Shown here piece after piece: positions 29,163-40,398 of a DNA stretch of 64,000 bases. The position numbers and the translations under genes were made by a program. This DNA comes from a virus. Position 1 is the first letter of the stretch; each line of letters begins with the position of its first letter. The DNA lies in the IMG/VR virus record IMGVR_UViG_3300005264_000003, positions 23,349-87,348 of that record, one strand, 5' to 3'. Under the pieces are notes generated by a model that was given only the letters and a program-made list of their open reading frames with translations, searched no databases and was not told where the DNA came from.

Positions 29163-32027
29163 ATGCTATATTATCCTTATAACGCAATAACATCAAAAAC
29201 GATTAGCCAATTTCGGTATAATCTATATTCTGCTATAAGCATTAATATGCTTAAGTATAATCATGATTCATCTGCGACCCTGAGATTATTAAGTAGCTTA
29301 ATTGATTCTAGTTGTGAAATAAATGAAGACCTGCCTTATCAATTTAGGTTTAACTTTAAGGATTTTGAATTTGTTAACATAGATAGACTTAATGGATTTT
29401 CCTTATCCTCAGTTGATAATTTTTCAAAAGAAAACCAAGAAGGTAAGCAGCTATATGGATATTCAAGATATACGAATGAGTACTATCCGCTGGAGATAAT
29501 TAAAAGAAGGAATGATTTAATAAGACATTCTTTACCGACAGGAGCTTTCTTTAGCAGTATGACGATAGTGAAAGACCCTGAATTGTCATTAATCTACCCT
29601 AACACTAAATCTAATATCGGGCTAAAGGTTGAAGATAGTAGTATTACGATACAGCCTGTATCTGGATTTAATTTTCTAGGCCGAGAAAGCGATAGCCCTA
29701 TAAAGATTACTATATTTGGATTAGATACGTTTGGTGAAAGTATTGAAGAAGAAGTATTAATAGAAAGCAATATTGACTATATAACGATTAGTGAATTTAG
29801 TTTTATAGACAGTGCTATGGTAACAGGCGCAAATTACTCTGTTGAGATAATGATATACCCCTACATAAGAGGAAGTGTTGTTGTATGGAACAATGATTAT
29901 ATTGACAGAGATACAATGGATGAGTACAATACGGTGCTAACAGTAAATAGAGAGGCGCATCAATTAGTATTCAACATGCTAAGAGAGAATCCATCTGAGT
30001 ACCCGTATAACTACGAGCCCGTTAAAACCGTAGACTTCAACATGCCTGATAGTGAGATTATAATTGCTGAGTTTATAGATGTATCTAATAAGCTAATATA
30101 TATATCTTCGGAAAATGATGGAGCCTTTTACTTAAGATGCTATCCTTTAGTAGTGCCAAAAACAAACATTAACACACTTGACAGTATTAAGACCACAGAT
30201 CAGTCAGTAAGAATAGAGTGCCTGGAAGACTGTGTAGGTGAGAAGTTTGTGCTATGGATTTTCCCAACATCTAAGTCTAATGATGTGGATTTTATGCACA
30301 TTTTCATTGATGGAAAAGCATATAAGCAAGACATACTGCTAGACTTAATAAGAGAGGGAATAGAAACAAATAGGATAGAGATACCTTTTTCTGACATCAT
30401 ACCAGCTCCGCCAGATAATTCATTAGACATTCCACCGGTAGTGCTAGACAATCCTAATGCTTATGGGTCAGAGTCTGGTGATATGTTTGGTGGCTCTGTA
30501 GATATGTGTGATTCATATATAATAGCTGGAGCTAGCCGTGAAGATGACCCTAATGGTTCAAGCTCTGGCAAGGCATATATATATAATAAAGAAACTGGCG
30601 CACTTATTCACACCTTAAATAACCCTAGTGGCTATGGTGGCAGCAATGAAGATTACTTTGGTTATGCCGTCGGTATATGTGAGTCGTATAGTGTTGTAGG
30701 CGCTTATTATGAGGATGATCCTAATGGGACATATGCTGGTAAGGCATATATATTCGACAATGTCACAGGAGAGTTATTGCATGTGTTAAATAACCCTAAT
30801 GCCATTGGTGACAGTAGTTACTTTGACTTATTTGGCAGCGCTGTTTCTATATGTGAATCTTATTGTGTCATAGGGGCGCATGGCGAGAGTGAAGATTCAG
30901 CAGCAGGACTCTTGGAATATGGTACAGCCTATTTATTTAACAATAAAACCGGAAGCCTGTTGCATCAGTTAGTTAATCCGGCAACGAAAGGCAGGTTTGG
31001 TCAGGCTGTTTCAGTATGTGAATCTTATAGTTTAATAGGGGCGTCCATGGACTCCACTAATGGAACATGGCGAGGCTCGGCACATATATTTAGTAATACT
31101 ACAGGAGAGCTGTTGAATACAATTGGTGTCCCAGATAGCATATTTTTTGGTCAAGCTGTTTCTATATGTGAATCTTATAGTCTTATTGGCGCATCTGACA
31201 GGAAAGCTAATGGTGTACATATAGTCTCTGATGCGTATTTATTTAAAAATACAACTGGAGAACTAGTACATACAATAAAGAATCCAAGGACTTATAATGA
31301 AGATGGTAGTGATCGTTTTTCATATTCTGTTTCAGTATGCGAATCTTATAGCTTAATAGGGGCATCTGGTACAGATGGTGAGTCCGGGAAAGCATATCTC
31401 TATAATAATAAGACAGCCGAGCTAGTTAGGCTAATTAATAACCCTAATGCATCTGGGTCAGAAGCGGGAGATAAGTTCGGCGGCTCTATATCTATTTGTG
31501 AGTCGGGCTATGTAATAGCAGCAATTGGCGAAGGATCAGGCGGACAAGCCTATGCATATAAATTACTTCAACCAATGGAAGATGATAACTGTGCGCTAGT
31601 AGAAGTAAAGACATTTGGCGAAGTGCAGTCAGTTCAGCCCATCTTTCTTGACAGAACTAAGCTTACTGCTTTATGGCAAAAGTCTCTTGATAACTACGAC
31701 TTAGCTTTCAAAGACAGCCCAGCAATAGAAGCACTAGAGCCATCAATTAAGTCTTCTAGAATACAATATACTCCGATTGGTGCATATGGATATGGCGAAG
31801 AAGGATATGGCGGGTTAATAAGTGGATCAGATGAAAGCTTTGGCTATGGAGGCTTTAAAGAGCCAGATAGATCATTGCTGTTTAAGCTGTCGAATATAAG
31901 CCAAGTAACGCTTGATGGGTCCAGGATTGTGCATGTGTTTAATTCATTTTACTATAATGAAGAAGACGACATTGTCGTTACATCAGATACAATAACTCAC
32001 ATAACATCTAACATGGAGATGTCTTAA
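29163..32027 (+). CDS. Baseplate structural protein with inserted FG-GAP beta-propeller
   Basis: About seven repeats of 'NP...D.FG.(A/S)V.ICESY..IGA....GKAY.(Y/F)...TG.L' in aa ~430-800. Confidence 0.7.
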   Translation: MLYYPYNAITSKTISQFRYNLYSAISINMLKYNHDSSATLRLLSSLIDSSCEINEDLPYQFRFNFKDFEFVNIDRLNGFSLSSVDNFSKENQEGKQLYGYSRYTNEYYPLEIIKRRNDLIRHSLPTGAFFSSMTIVKDPELSLIYPNTKSNIGLKVEDSSITIQPVSGFNFLGRESDSPIKITIFGLDTFGESIEEEVLIESNIDYITISEFSFIDSAMVTGANYSVEIMIYPYIRGSVVVWNNDYIDRDTMDEYNTVLTVNREAHQLVFNMLRENPSEYPYNYEPVKTVDFNMPDSEIIIAEFIDVSNKLIYISSENDGAFYLRCYPLVVPKTNINTLDSIKTTDQSVRIECLEDCVGEKFVLWIFPTSKSNDVDFMHIFIDGKAYKQDILLDLIREGIETNRIEIPFSDIIPAPPDNSLDIPPVVLDNPNAYGSESGDMFGGSVDMCDSYIIAGASREDDPNGSSSGKAYIYNKETGALIHTLNNPSGYGGSNEDYFGYAVGICESYSVVGAYYEDDPNGTYAGKAYIFDNVTGELLHVLNNPNAIGDSSYFDLFGSAVSICESYCVIGAHGESEDSAAGLLEYGTAYLFNNKTGSLLHQLVNPATKGRFGQAVSVCESYSLIGASMDSTNGTWRGSAHIFSNTTGELLNTIGVPDSIFFGQAVSICESYSLIGASDRKANGVHIVSDAYLFKNTTGELVHTIKNPRTYNEDGSDRFSYSVSVCESYSLIGASGTDGESGKAYLYNNKTAELVRLINNPNASGSEAGDKFGGSISICESGYVIAAIGEGSGGQAYAYKLLQPMEDDNCALVEVKTFGEVQSVQPIFLDRTKLTALWQKSLDNYDLAFKDSPAIEALEPSIKSSRIQYTPIGAYGYGEEGYGGLISGSDESFGYGGFKEPDRSLLFKLSNISQVTLDGSRIVHVFNSFYYNEEDDIVVTSDTITHITSNMEMS
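30445..31565 (+). repeat. FG-GAP-like coding repeats (~7 units)
   Basis: Recurrent DNA TGTGAATCTTAT-like words encoding CESY; roughly 50-60 aa period. Confidence 0.8.
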
Positions 32028-32809
32028 TGTCATTTGGAATCTGGAATAACTTAGACGAAGCCGCGCTTTACCTTGGACTAGAAAGACTAGACGGAGAAGT
32101 TGATGAAGAGCTTTGTGCTCGAATTAAGAAGTTCGGTAAGTGGAGGTATAAGACTGATTATTATACTCAAGTTCACTCCATACCTTTACAGGTAGGACTA
32201 GGCACGAAGAATCTATTAGAGATAACATCTGTAAAAAGATTTGAATGCAAGATAGACTGGGAGCACTTTACAATAGAAAGCTTCAATGACGACGGTACTA
32301 GTTCAGAATATGTAAGAGTTTTTATAAATACTCCCTTTGTTACAATTAGTAAAGTTTCAGACTTACTAGATCAGTCACTAGACTTTAAATGCAATATATA
32401 TAACCCCCAATACAAGAGTTACTTATTCAAAAACATAATAAGACATACAAATGTATTCATTGAAACAGCATTCATTAATAGCAGTAATTATAATTTCCTA
32501 AATGGCAATATAATTAAGGGAACATTGAGATTTAATGATGATAATATATTTAACAGAGAAGTAGGTAGCCTTCAAGATCTAGGGAGTTCTGGTGATTACT
32601 TTGTGGATTATACTAGGGGCTATATTCAGTCTTACGATAATATTAAAGATGGAATATACGCTACATATAGAAGATTTAATGATAGGTTTATATTAGAGCA
32701 TACAGACATAAACTTGCAGCCATTGAATGTAATATCTAAATATGGAGTTACAGATGACCTCATAGACCTAATGCCATATCTCTTAAACGGCAAGACATGG
32801 GGAATATAA
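32027..32809 (+). CDS. Baseplate wedge protein (gpI-like N-terminus)
   Basis: 'LDEAALYLGLERLDGEVDEELCARI' matches the LD..G...G..R...E.D..(Y/L)R.RI wedge motif. Confidence 0.6.
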   Translation: MSFGIWNNLDEAALYLGLERLDGEVDEELCARIKKFGKWRYKTDYYTQVHSIPLQVGLGTKNLLEITSVKRFECKIDWEHFTIESFNDDGTSSEYVRVFINTPFVTISKVSDLLDQSLDFKCNIYNPQYKSYLFKNIIRHTNVFIETAFINSSNYNFLNGNIIKGTLRFNDDNIFNREVGSLQDLGSSGDYFVDYTRGYIQSYDNIKDGIYATYRRFNDRFILEHTDINLQPLNVISKYGVTDDLIDLMPYLLNGKTWGI

Positions 32810-32810
32810 T

Positions 32811-33440
32811 ATGTCAAAATTAACTAAATTCAATGTAAACGGATTAGAAATAGTAGACACAAACAGTGTGAGCATATATAATCTTGGTCCAGTATTACTT
32901 TATGCTGTAGATATATTCATTTACTCTAAAGTAGCAAGTGATATGGAATGGTTACTAACTAACAATATTAACAATTCGCCTAAGATACAACTATCCATAG
33001 ATAACAGTCAGGCGTTTGACATATCTAAAGGATTGGCTGGTGAGTCATTTTCGAATCCCATATCTTATAATAGACTAAACGATATTGGACCAAACATAAG
33101 AAAGATTCCAAGTCATAACGTTGAGTATCAAAAAGACGTTGCGCTAATAGGTGGCAGCATGGACAGCAGTGTTGGGTCAAATTGGTCATATAGATTTCCA
33201 GTGCCTAGCTCTGCAGCAGATAGGGCATTCCAGTCTCAGAACCCAGGAGTTAATAGTGATTCACTAACTATAGAAATTATCATAAATCCCAAGACTGATT
33301 TCTTGATGCTAAATAGGGTTATGGGCAATGCTATAATCACCGTAGCGCCATCATTATATAAAGGGCTTGAATACAATTATTTGAACTATAACTCACAGCC
33401 TAAATTTCCAGTAAGTATTGAAAAGGGCATAAGGTATTAA
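32811..33440 (+). CDS. Hypothetical virion protein
   Basis: 209-aa ORF tightly packed in the operon. Confidence 0.5.
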   Translation: MSKLTKFNVNGLEIVDTNSVSIYNLGPVLLYAVDIFIYSKVASDMEWLLTNNINNSPKIQLSIDNSQAFDISKGLAGESFSNPISYNRLNDIGPNIRKIPSHNVEYQKDVALIGGSMDSSVGSNWSYRFPVPSSAADRAFQSQNPGVNSDSLTIEIIINPKTDFLMLNRVMGNAIITVAPSLYKGLEYNYLNYNSQPKFPVSIEKGIRY

Positions 33441-33441
33441 A

Positions 33442-35625
33442 ATGGCAAATAGCATTAATGAATCTTTGGATATTCTGAGAAGAAGCGTACTTTCAGTAAT
33501 TATAAATAATACCGATATAAAGTTTACTAGCATTAAGCAATCACTAGAAGAGTACATAGCGAGTGGTGATAGTTTATTTTCCAGTCTATTGCATTTAATG
33601 GACTTTAATCCTCAAATGCTAGATTCATCGCAAATGAGTGCTGTGTATCTGCTTTCCTATATGGACTTCTTTGCAGTTTATGCACTTATGTACTCTAATT
33701 ACATGCCTGTATTTCAGAACTTAAAGCATATATCAGAAAGTAAATATGCTCACATATACAATCTATATAAAGACTTAAGCAGCGTAATGAAAGAAAAGCA
33801 AGCAGCACAAAAATACTTTTTCATTAGATATAATAGCTTCTTGTTTCCAAAAAATATAAACACCGAAGGGTCAGGGCTTATAAACAGGATAGAAAAAGCA
33901 TCGAAGCCTCTTGGATTTAATGGCGTTTGTACTTTGCCGCTAAGAAAGCAAACGGAAGTCAAGCCTTCATCAATAACATATTTCTCTGGAGACGGAGCAG
34001 TTAGTACTAATGCTAGCAGTGTTAAGCAGGATGGGTTTTCGTTCGAGATATTAAGAAGTCAAAGCAATAAAATTGGCACAGTGACAGGCAGTGGTGTAAA
34101 GCCAGCGAGTAGCACTACAATATCCATACCTGATGTAGCTGGAACTATTTTCGGATATTTTTCAGAGTCAATTCACTTAGAGTTAGTAGACATTGTTAGA
34201 GGTAATGCTAATGGTATAATTAGCGTGTCACTGATTGGCTCTACAAATGGATTTGATTGGTCTGATGTTTTTGTTGCAAATGTAGATTCACAGACAAGCT
34301 TACTCATAGAGGATAACATAGCCATAGGACTGAATGTTAATTTTTACAGCGGCATGAACTTAAGAGTAGGCAATAAGTGGCTTATATCTATTAGTAATAT
34401 AGATGTAAAATACCCATCTCTTATGCTTGATGTTAATTTTGATATATTGGAACCAGTTTCATTTATAAGATATATGGATATTAGCTCATATAAGCTTGGA
34501 GTCAATAGTTCAACTATAGACAGAAATAGATTTAGCTCAGAGAGAATAAGTCCTTATACTTATGATGGCAGGATAGGACACGTCACTGTATGTGAAGGAG
34601 GACTAAATCAACTTAAGACAGAGCTCAGTCAATACGACTATGATATACAGTCTGATAATGGTAGCTTGTATTATAAGTATGATTTTAAGCTAAGTGATAT
34701 AACAGCATATATAAACGAGTATGAAAGACACGGATCATTAGCATTTGATCCTCTAGTTGTAGATGGAATAAACACAGTAACAGTTGACTCTAAATGCAGG
34801 ATGCCAGAGTATAAGCCAAATAGAATAGACTATAGTGAAAGCAAAGAAGATCAAGCTACGAAAGTAAGCATACCTAAGTCAAGCTTAGAGTTTAATATAA
34901 TAGCAGAGACAGATACAAGCAGAGCTGTTATTCCAATGCTTCCAACTGACATACTTACAGATAGAACTACATATACAGAAAATAGCATGAGCCTACTTAA
35001 CTCACTTCACTTAGATGCTAACGATGGAGATTACGGCACAGTAAGAGGTATTGATGAGCTATATGTGCGAATTGGGTCGTCATGGATAAAATACACAGAA
35101 GATCAATCTGCTGACACTCCATTGATTTTTGAACACGTTATTCCAGATAGCGTAGACTACAATGAATCTTATGGTAACATTGAATATGCGCCCGCAATAT
35201 ACAAGCCTAGGTTTCCAGTTAATGAAGACTATAATATTAAAAACACCGACCCTGTATTAACATTTAATTCTGAAAAAATGGTAGAAGCTGGATCTAATTA
35301 TATTATAAATACTAAGAGTGTTACGATAAGCGAGTACTTCATGAAAGATACGCACTCTATATTCTATGGAGTAGACATTAGTAATATAGCGGACATGATT
35401 GGTAGTACAGTGGGCGAGAAGTGGATACAGGCAGCAAGCAACATTTACTACATTTACTATATGGATGAAAACAGAAAGGTACACCTGGCAATAAGGAATA
35501 TAGATGCTAGTACTGGTGGGCTAATTCCGTTTGTTGGATCTATAACTGGGCAAATAGAAATGAGTTCAATTGATGAGTCCTATAAGACTCCAATGGTATT
35601 TGACTACACTTTAGGGATAATTTAA
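33442..35625 (+). CDS. Putative baseplate/structural protein
   Basis: 727 aa; helical N-terminus then beta-rich region; similar layout to the next two ORFs. Confidence 0.5.
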   Translation: MANSINESLDILRRSVLSVIINNTDIKFTSIKQSLEEYIASGDSLFSSLLHLMDFNPQMLDSSQMSAVYLLSYMDFFAVYALMYSNYMPVFQNLKHISESKYAHIYNLYKDLSSVMKEKQAAQKYFFIRYNSFLFPKNINTEGSGLINRIEKASKPLGFNGVCTLPLRKQTEVKPSSITYFSGDGAVSTNASSVKQDGFSFEILRSQSNKIGTVTGSGVKPASSTTISIPDVAGTIFGYFSESIHLELVDIVRGNANGIISVSLIGSTNGFDWSDVFVANVDSQTSLLIEDNIAIGLNVNFYSGMNLRVGNKWLISISNIDVKYPSLMLDVNFDILEPVSFIRYMDISSYKLGVNSSTIDRNRFSSERISPYTYDGRIGHVTVCEGGLNQLKTELSQYDYDIQSDNGSLYYKYDFKLSDITAYINEYERHGSLAFDPLVVDGINTVTVDSKCRMPEYKPNRIDYSESKEDQATKVSIPKSSLEFNIIAETDTSRAVIPMLPTDILTDRTTYTENSMSLLNSLHLDANDGDYGTVRGIDELYVRIGSSWIKYTEDQSADTPLIFEHVIPDSVDYNESYGNIEYAPAIYKPRFPVNEDYNIKNTDPVLTFNSEKMVEAGSNYIINTKSVTISEYFMKDTHSIFYGVDISNIADMIGSTVGEKWIQAASNIYYIYYMDENRKVHLAIRNIDASTGGLIPFVGSITGQIEMSSIDESYKTPMVFDYTLGII

Positions 35626-35626
35626 T

Positions 35627-37951
35627 ATGGCAAAACTTGGAAGCTTAATCTTTATGGATGATATAGAGCAAAGCGTTAATTCAATTAAAAGCACAAGCGA
35701 TTTGCTTCACAGTAATATCTTAAATGCCTTTTCTGATAGCAATGTACTATATAATATGTCATCTGTAATGGAAGACATTGTTCTTGATAAATATCTGTCA
35801 ATGTATAACACAGCTAAAGCTATTAATATAGGCAATATACTTAAAAATAATGTAATCATAGAGTCATTTACATCTAATGACTTTAATGACTTAGAGTTTC
35901 CTGTTGATGAGTATTTAAATATTGATACTCAAAATGGTGACTTATCACTACCAATACAATCAACTAAGTCGCTGGATGTTTCAAGCGTAATACTTGGATC
36001 TGAGTCTAATGGTAATCTTGGTAATTCACTAGAAAACAACAAGAATAATGATGTCACTGCAATGCTAAATGGCAACAGTACTAGCATGTTAGAATATGAA
36101 ATTGTCTCAAATTCATGGAAAGTTCCTACTTTAAGACTGTCTGTGACACTAAGGCTTGCAAGTGAGAATGTAGCAAATGGAGTGTATATAAAGACATTTG
36201 CTGAAGACGGAATGTTATATCCTAAGATAGAAAGCATATTAGTATCGCTCGACGGAGAGCTGTGGATCAATGCTCCTCGTGTAGTAGATGTAAATAAAGC
36301 CGACTACTACATTAGATTTAAGTCTCAAAGGGCTAGATTTGTAAAGGTTTTATTTTCTCAAACTACCTATCATGTTGTTAAGTCAATTTTTGGCAATAAG
36401 AATAGGTATATGATAGGCGTAAGAGAAATATCAATTAAGCAGACAACATATAAATCTACAGGCGAGTATATATCGAGAGCATTCACTAGTAGCTCTACAA
36501 TAAACACTATTGCATTTAGAAGCCAAGAGGAATCCAATAGAGACATAAGCTATTTCATTAGCGCTGACAATGGATCTAGATGGGTGCGAATTAAAAGCGG
36601 ACAACTGTTACAGTTATCTAACGCAAACATGGGACTCAGAGGAGACATAGATGTTTCAGCAGTAAGAATAAAGATATTAATGAACAGAAACCTATTGCCT
36701 AACACAAAGACTAGTACAGAATGGATTAATACAAATAGTAGCAATAAGTATTCTCTTACACATCAGCCGGCTGACATAAGCACCGTAGAAGCATGGGTTG
36801 GAGGCCACATTACTTGTGGAGATGATCACCCTTACAATGTAAGCATAAATGATACAGCTAATATAGACAAAGAGGTATTAGAGACGTCTAGATGTATAAT
36901 AGATAAGAACGTAAATTTTGCATCTGTTCTCAAGTTCATTCCTTATCATGAGGATATAGAGAAGGACATTATCGTTAAGATGAATGGTCTTATTCTTAAA
37001 AATAGCAGAAATACATATAATATAATCAGGCATGCCAATCCTCTCAACTCAATAGTTATATTTAACAACAAGGCATTCTTGAGTAATTCAGTTCCAGCTA
37101 GCCAGTTAAGCTTAGAATATGCACCTTATTTACACGACAACAGAACTCAGCAAGTGCCAACTATAACTCTTCCAGCTACAAGGCCTGCCTTTATTCCTTC
37201 AGGTGATGGTGTTAGTGTTATAGCCTTGAAGTATTCTGATATAGAAGTAATTACTCCATCACACATGAATATATTTGACAGCCTAGGAGAGACATATTCT
37301 GTAATAGAAAATAAGTCAGATGTGGACGGCATGAGCTGTTGGCTAATTGAGTCTGGTAACATTGGCGAGCCTGTGTGTCCTAAGCAATACACATTTTCAC
37401 CTCACTTCAATGCAGCTAGTGGAGACTATTCATATAATCCATCAGCGTGGCTATTTGAAGGATCGAACGATGGTATTAAGTGGACTACAATACAAGAAGA
37501 ATCTTTAACTAATCCAGAGTGGAATGGTAGCTTGAAAGCATTCAAGACAGATAATGATTGTTATTTTTGTTATTTCAGATGGAGGTTTACTCAGAATTCA
37601 TCTGCTACCAATTTAACAACACTCAATTTAGCAGGCATAAACTTATATGAAGGCGAGCTAGAGAAATTAGAAAGCAGTAGCTTCAAAGTAATAGACAGAT
37701 ACACGATAAAGATAGATAATTCTAGCTACAGCATAGACTGGGACTATTTAGTTTATTATACGCCAGCTGTTAACATTGACAACTACGTACCAAATAATGT
37801 AGACTTAAATAGAATTGAGTTACAGGGACTTCCTACGCTACCAAACGGTATCAAGGTTTGCTTTGAGTATGAATATCAAGACAATGAATCTAATGAAGGT
37901 AAAGTGTTCTACACACCAATTTGCAATGAATACAAGGTAGAGTTACTATGA
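35627..37951 (+). CDS. Baseplate-associated protein with discoidin/F5-8-type-like domains
   Basis: 'VSLDGELW..RARFVKV' and 'PSAWLFEGSNDGIKWTTI..YFRWRF' galactose-binding-like motifs. Confidence 0.55.
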   Translation: MAKLGSLIFMDDIEQSVNSIKSTSDLLHSNILNAFSDSNVLYNMSSVMEDIVLDKYLSMYNTAKAINIGNILKNNVIIESFTSNDFNDLEFPVDEYLNIDTQNGDLSLPIQSTKSLDVSSVILGSESNGNLGNSLENNKNNDVTAMLNGNSTSMLEYEIVSNSWKVPTLRLSVTLRLASENVANGVYIKTFAEDGMLYPKIESILVSLDGELWINAPRVVDVNKADYYIRFKSQRARFVKVLFSQTTYHVVKSIFGNKNRYMIGVREISIKQTTYKSTGEYISRAFTSSSTINTIAFRSQEESNRDISYFISADNGSRWVRIKSGQLLQLSNANMGLRGDIDVSAVRIKILMNRNLLPNTKTSTEWINTNSSNKYSLTHQPADISTVEAWVGGHITCGDDHPYNVSINDTANIDKEVLETSRCIIDKNVNFASVLKFIPYHEDIEKDIIVKMNGLILKNSRNTYNIIRHANPLNSIVIFNNKAFLSNSVPASQLSLEYAPYLHDNRTQQVPTITLPATRPAFIPSGDGVSVIALKYSDIEVITPSHMNIFDSLGETYSVIENKSDVDGMSCWLIESGNIGEPVCPKQYTFSPHFNAASGDYSYNPSAWLFEGSNDGIKWTTIQEESLTNPEWNGSLKAFKTDNDCYFCYFRWRFTQNSSATNLTTLNLAGINLYEGELEKLESSSFKVIDRYTIKIDNSSYSIDWDYLVYYTPAVNIDNYVPNNVDLNRIELQGLPTLPNGIKVCFEYEYQDNESNEGKVFYTPICNEYKVELL

Positions 37952-40107
37952 AAACATTAATGCTCAGAAAGATCATGGAGGAAAAGTTTAAGTCTTCAGT
38001 GATAGCAAACAGTGATTGTCCTAGGTTTATTGATATATATAACTCATCAATAAACGCATTAGAAAAAGTGATAGATACAAGTAATGTTCCCAGTATAAAA
38101 TACAGGGCCAAGACGTCTACTTTAAGCCATAACAAGAATACTGAAGATATTATATCTTGGCTCCAAATAGCAGCTAAGACAATGTCAGTTATGATAAATG
38201 ACTATGAAGATGTATCAAAAGCTTATCTTAATTTATCTACAAGGATATTAAATGATTCTCAAGAATTAAACAATGAAGTTGCTAAGATAACTAGCATGTC
38301 ATGTATTTATATACCGCCTAGCTATTCTAATCAGACCAGTAAGTCTGTAGTTGGGAAAATTGGTAACTATATATGTTTACCATTTTTTATTAATGCAACT
38401 GAGATGTATGACGGAAGCGCATTTATTAGATCATATTCCAGCGGAAGTATAGACTTTACAAACTCTAGTAGGATCAACTCTGTACCACTTAAGGATCCGC
38501 TGGCACTAAAGGTGTCTAGTCAAGACAAACTCGTAAGCGTAATCACTAACATTAACATAGATCTTATTACAGCTAACATGATTTATATTAGATTTCTAAA
38601 TGAATCTACAAAAATAAAGCTCTCCTTATTTAATGGCACTATTAAGGTGTATGAAAAGGAGTTTTACGATTCAGAGATTTTGGTAAACTTTAGCCCAATT
38701 GAGTTTAATATAATATCAATTGAATTAAACTATATCAATACGAATACAGATAAGCCGTTTGCTATACAACTAGATTCAGTAGAGGTATTTAAGAGGATTC
38801 AATTTTCAAAGTGTGGTCAATTTGAGTCTAGTCCAATTAAAATAAACAACGCATCTAACATAGAGAATATAGGGCTTTCATATACTCAGCTTAGCGATGA
38901 CTCTATTACAAAGTCTACCAATCTCGTATCAATATCCAATAATCCAGACATACTAGCTTATAACAGAATAGATCAAGGGGAATCGTTAGACGTATCTGTT
39001 CATAAATTTAGGCACTCAGAGAGCTTTAGCGGGCTTAGTAGTCGCAATGTAGATTATCCAAGGGTAGATATAGCAGGAAAAAGCTTTTATCAAATTGACA
39101 TGGATCCAAGCAAGGATGATTTATGGAATATAAATTATGATCATGCATTAGTTTTACATGGACTAAATTCAGACTATGCTGAAACTAATGAAGTTGGATC
39201 AGGTTACTATGGTCAGCATTTTGAGAATTGGACTAAAATTGGTACGTACTGGAGGAGTATGATTAACATTACAGATGATGCTGTATTAATAGATATAGGC
39301 AGTAATGAATGCTTAATAAACGGCAGAGAGCGCACGGGTAAGATTGAGATGAAGAAAGGTATCTCAATGATAGATGTACACGAGAAAGACATAGATTTCA
39401 AGATGGGTAAAGAGATTGTATCAGACATGTCAAGAGAGTCGGATATAAAAGAAGATCCTTTGTATCCGTTTAATTTCGCATACATGTTCTCAGGTTTACC
39501 AGAATATGATACTAATGGAGACATAGAAGATAAACTTCTTCGAGTATTTCAAGTCAGCGGAGTTACAACGCTGTTCCTTAATGAATCATTCATACCTCTT
39601 TCTATCGAAGTTAGTGATACGTCTCAAGTTGAACCATATAAAATGCAGTTAACTTCTGGTGTATCTGTTCCTGGTACATTTTCCATTGAGCCAAATTCTG
39701 GAAGAATAAAAGTTTGCCCAAGCAGAACCAGCAAGGTAAAGCTACAGGTTAAGTATAGAAGATCCTCATTCTTTAGAAGGCCTATTGGCGTAATGTTTAA
39801 CAGGTTATTAACATTCATGCCAGTAAAAGCATTAATTGGACTAGAGAATGCCACTGATGAACAATTAAACTATAAGTATATATTCGATAACGAGTCCTTT
39901 TTTACACTAGATGGCGACACATCGAAGAGAAAGTTACTGTTGCAGGATACAACAAGTGACGACCTATTTAGGTATAATAAGATTCAGCATTCTCAGTTAA
40001 TATTTAATCGCAATAATGAAAATTTATACATATCCTCTAAAATAGAAATGGAGACGACAAATAGATATATAACACCGGCTATAAAAGATATCTACCTGTC
40101 AACATAA
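37948..40107 (+). CDS. Putative baseplate/structural protein
   Basis: 719 aa, ATGA overlap with upstream gene; C-terminal 'TPAIKDIYL' resembles 'TPMVFDY'/'TPICNEY' ends of the two upstream ORFs. Confidence 0.5.
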   Translation: MKTLMLRKIMEEKFKSSVIANSDCPRFIDIYNSSINALEKVIDTSNVPSIKYRAKTSTLSHNKNTEDIISWLQIAAKTMSVMINDYEDVSKAYLNLSTRILNDSQELNNEVAKITSMSCIYIPPSYSNQTSKSVVGKIGNYICLPFFINATEMYDGSAFIRSYSSGSIDFTNSSRINSVPLKDPLALKVSSQDKLVSVITNINIDLITANMIYIRFLNESTKIKLSLFNGTIKVYEKEFYDSEILVNFSPIEFNIISIELNYINTNTDKPFAIQLDSVEVFKRIQFSKCGQFESSPIKINNASNIENIGLSYTQLSDDSITKSTNLVSISNNPDILAYNRIDQGESLDVSVHKFRHSESFSGLSSRNVDYPRVDIAGKSFYQIDMDPSKDDLWNINYDHALVLHGLNSDYAETNEVGSGYYGQHFENWTKIGTYWRSMINITDDAVLIDIGSNECLINGRERTGKIEMKKGISMIDVHEKDIDFKMGKEIVSDMSRESDIKEDPLYPFNFAYMFSGLPEYDTNGDIEDKLLRVFQVSGVTTLFLNESFIPLSIEVSDTSQVEPYKMQLTSGVSVPGTFSIEPNSGRIKVCPSRTSKVKLQVKYRRSSFFRRPIGVMFNRLLTFMPVKALIGLENATDEQLNYKYIFDNESFFTLDGDTSKRKLLLQDTTSDDLFRYNKIQHSQLIFNRNNENLYISSKIEMETTNRYITPAIKDIYLST

Positions 40108-40110
40108 GAC

Positions 40111-40398
40111 ATGACTAATGATGATTACTATGTAAGTAAAGTATTTATGTCAGATAGCAGCCTTGTTATCAATAGCATTAAAACTCAAGTCCTAAACGGA
40201 TTTAAACAAAAGATTATAGATTTAGAGTTGGCAACAGAAGATGATGTAATTCTCGATGCGCTTGCTTCACATTTACTAGTACTAGAGGATGCGTATAATA
40301 TAAGTATGTATAAGTTTCAATTTAAAATATTCACTGGAATAGTTAACAGAGAACTTGCAGCCATTAGAGAGATGGTAGAATATGAAGAGACAGTATGA
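40111..40398 (+). CDS. Hypothetical protein
   Basis: 95-aa ORF coupled to the downstream gene. Confidence 0.5.
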   Translation: MTNDDYYVSKVFMSDSSLVINSIKTQVLNGFKQKIIDLELATEDDVILDALASHLLVLEDAYNISMYKFQFKIFTGIVNRELAAIREMVEYEETV

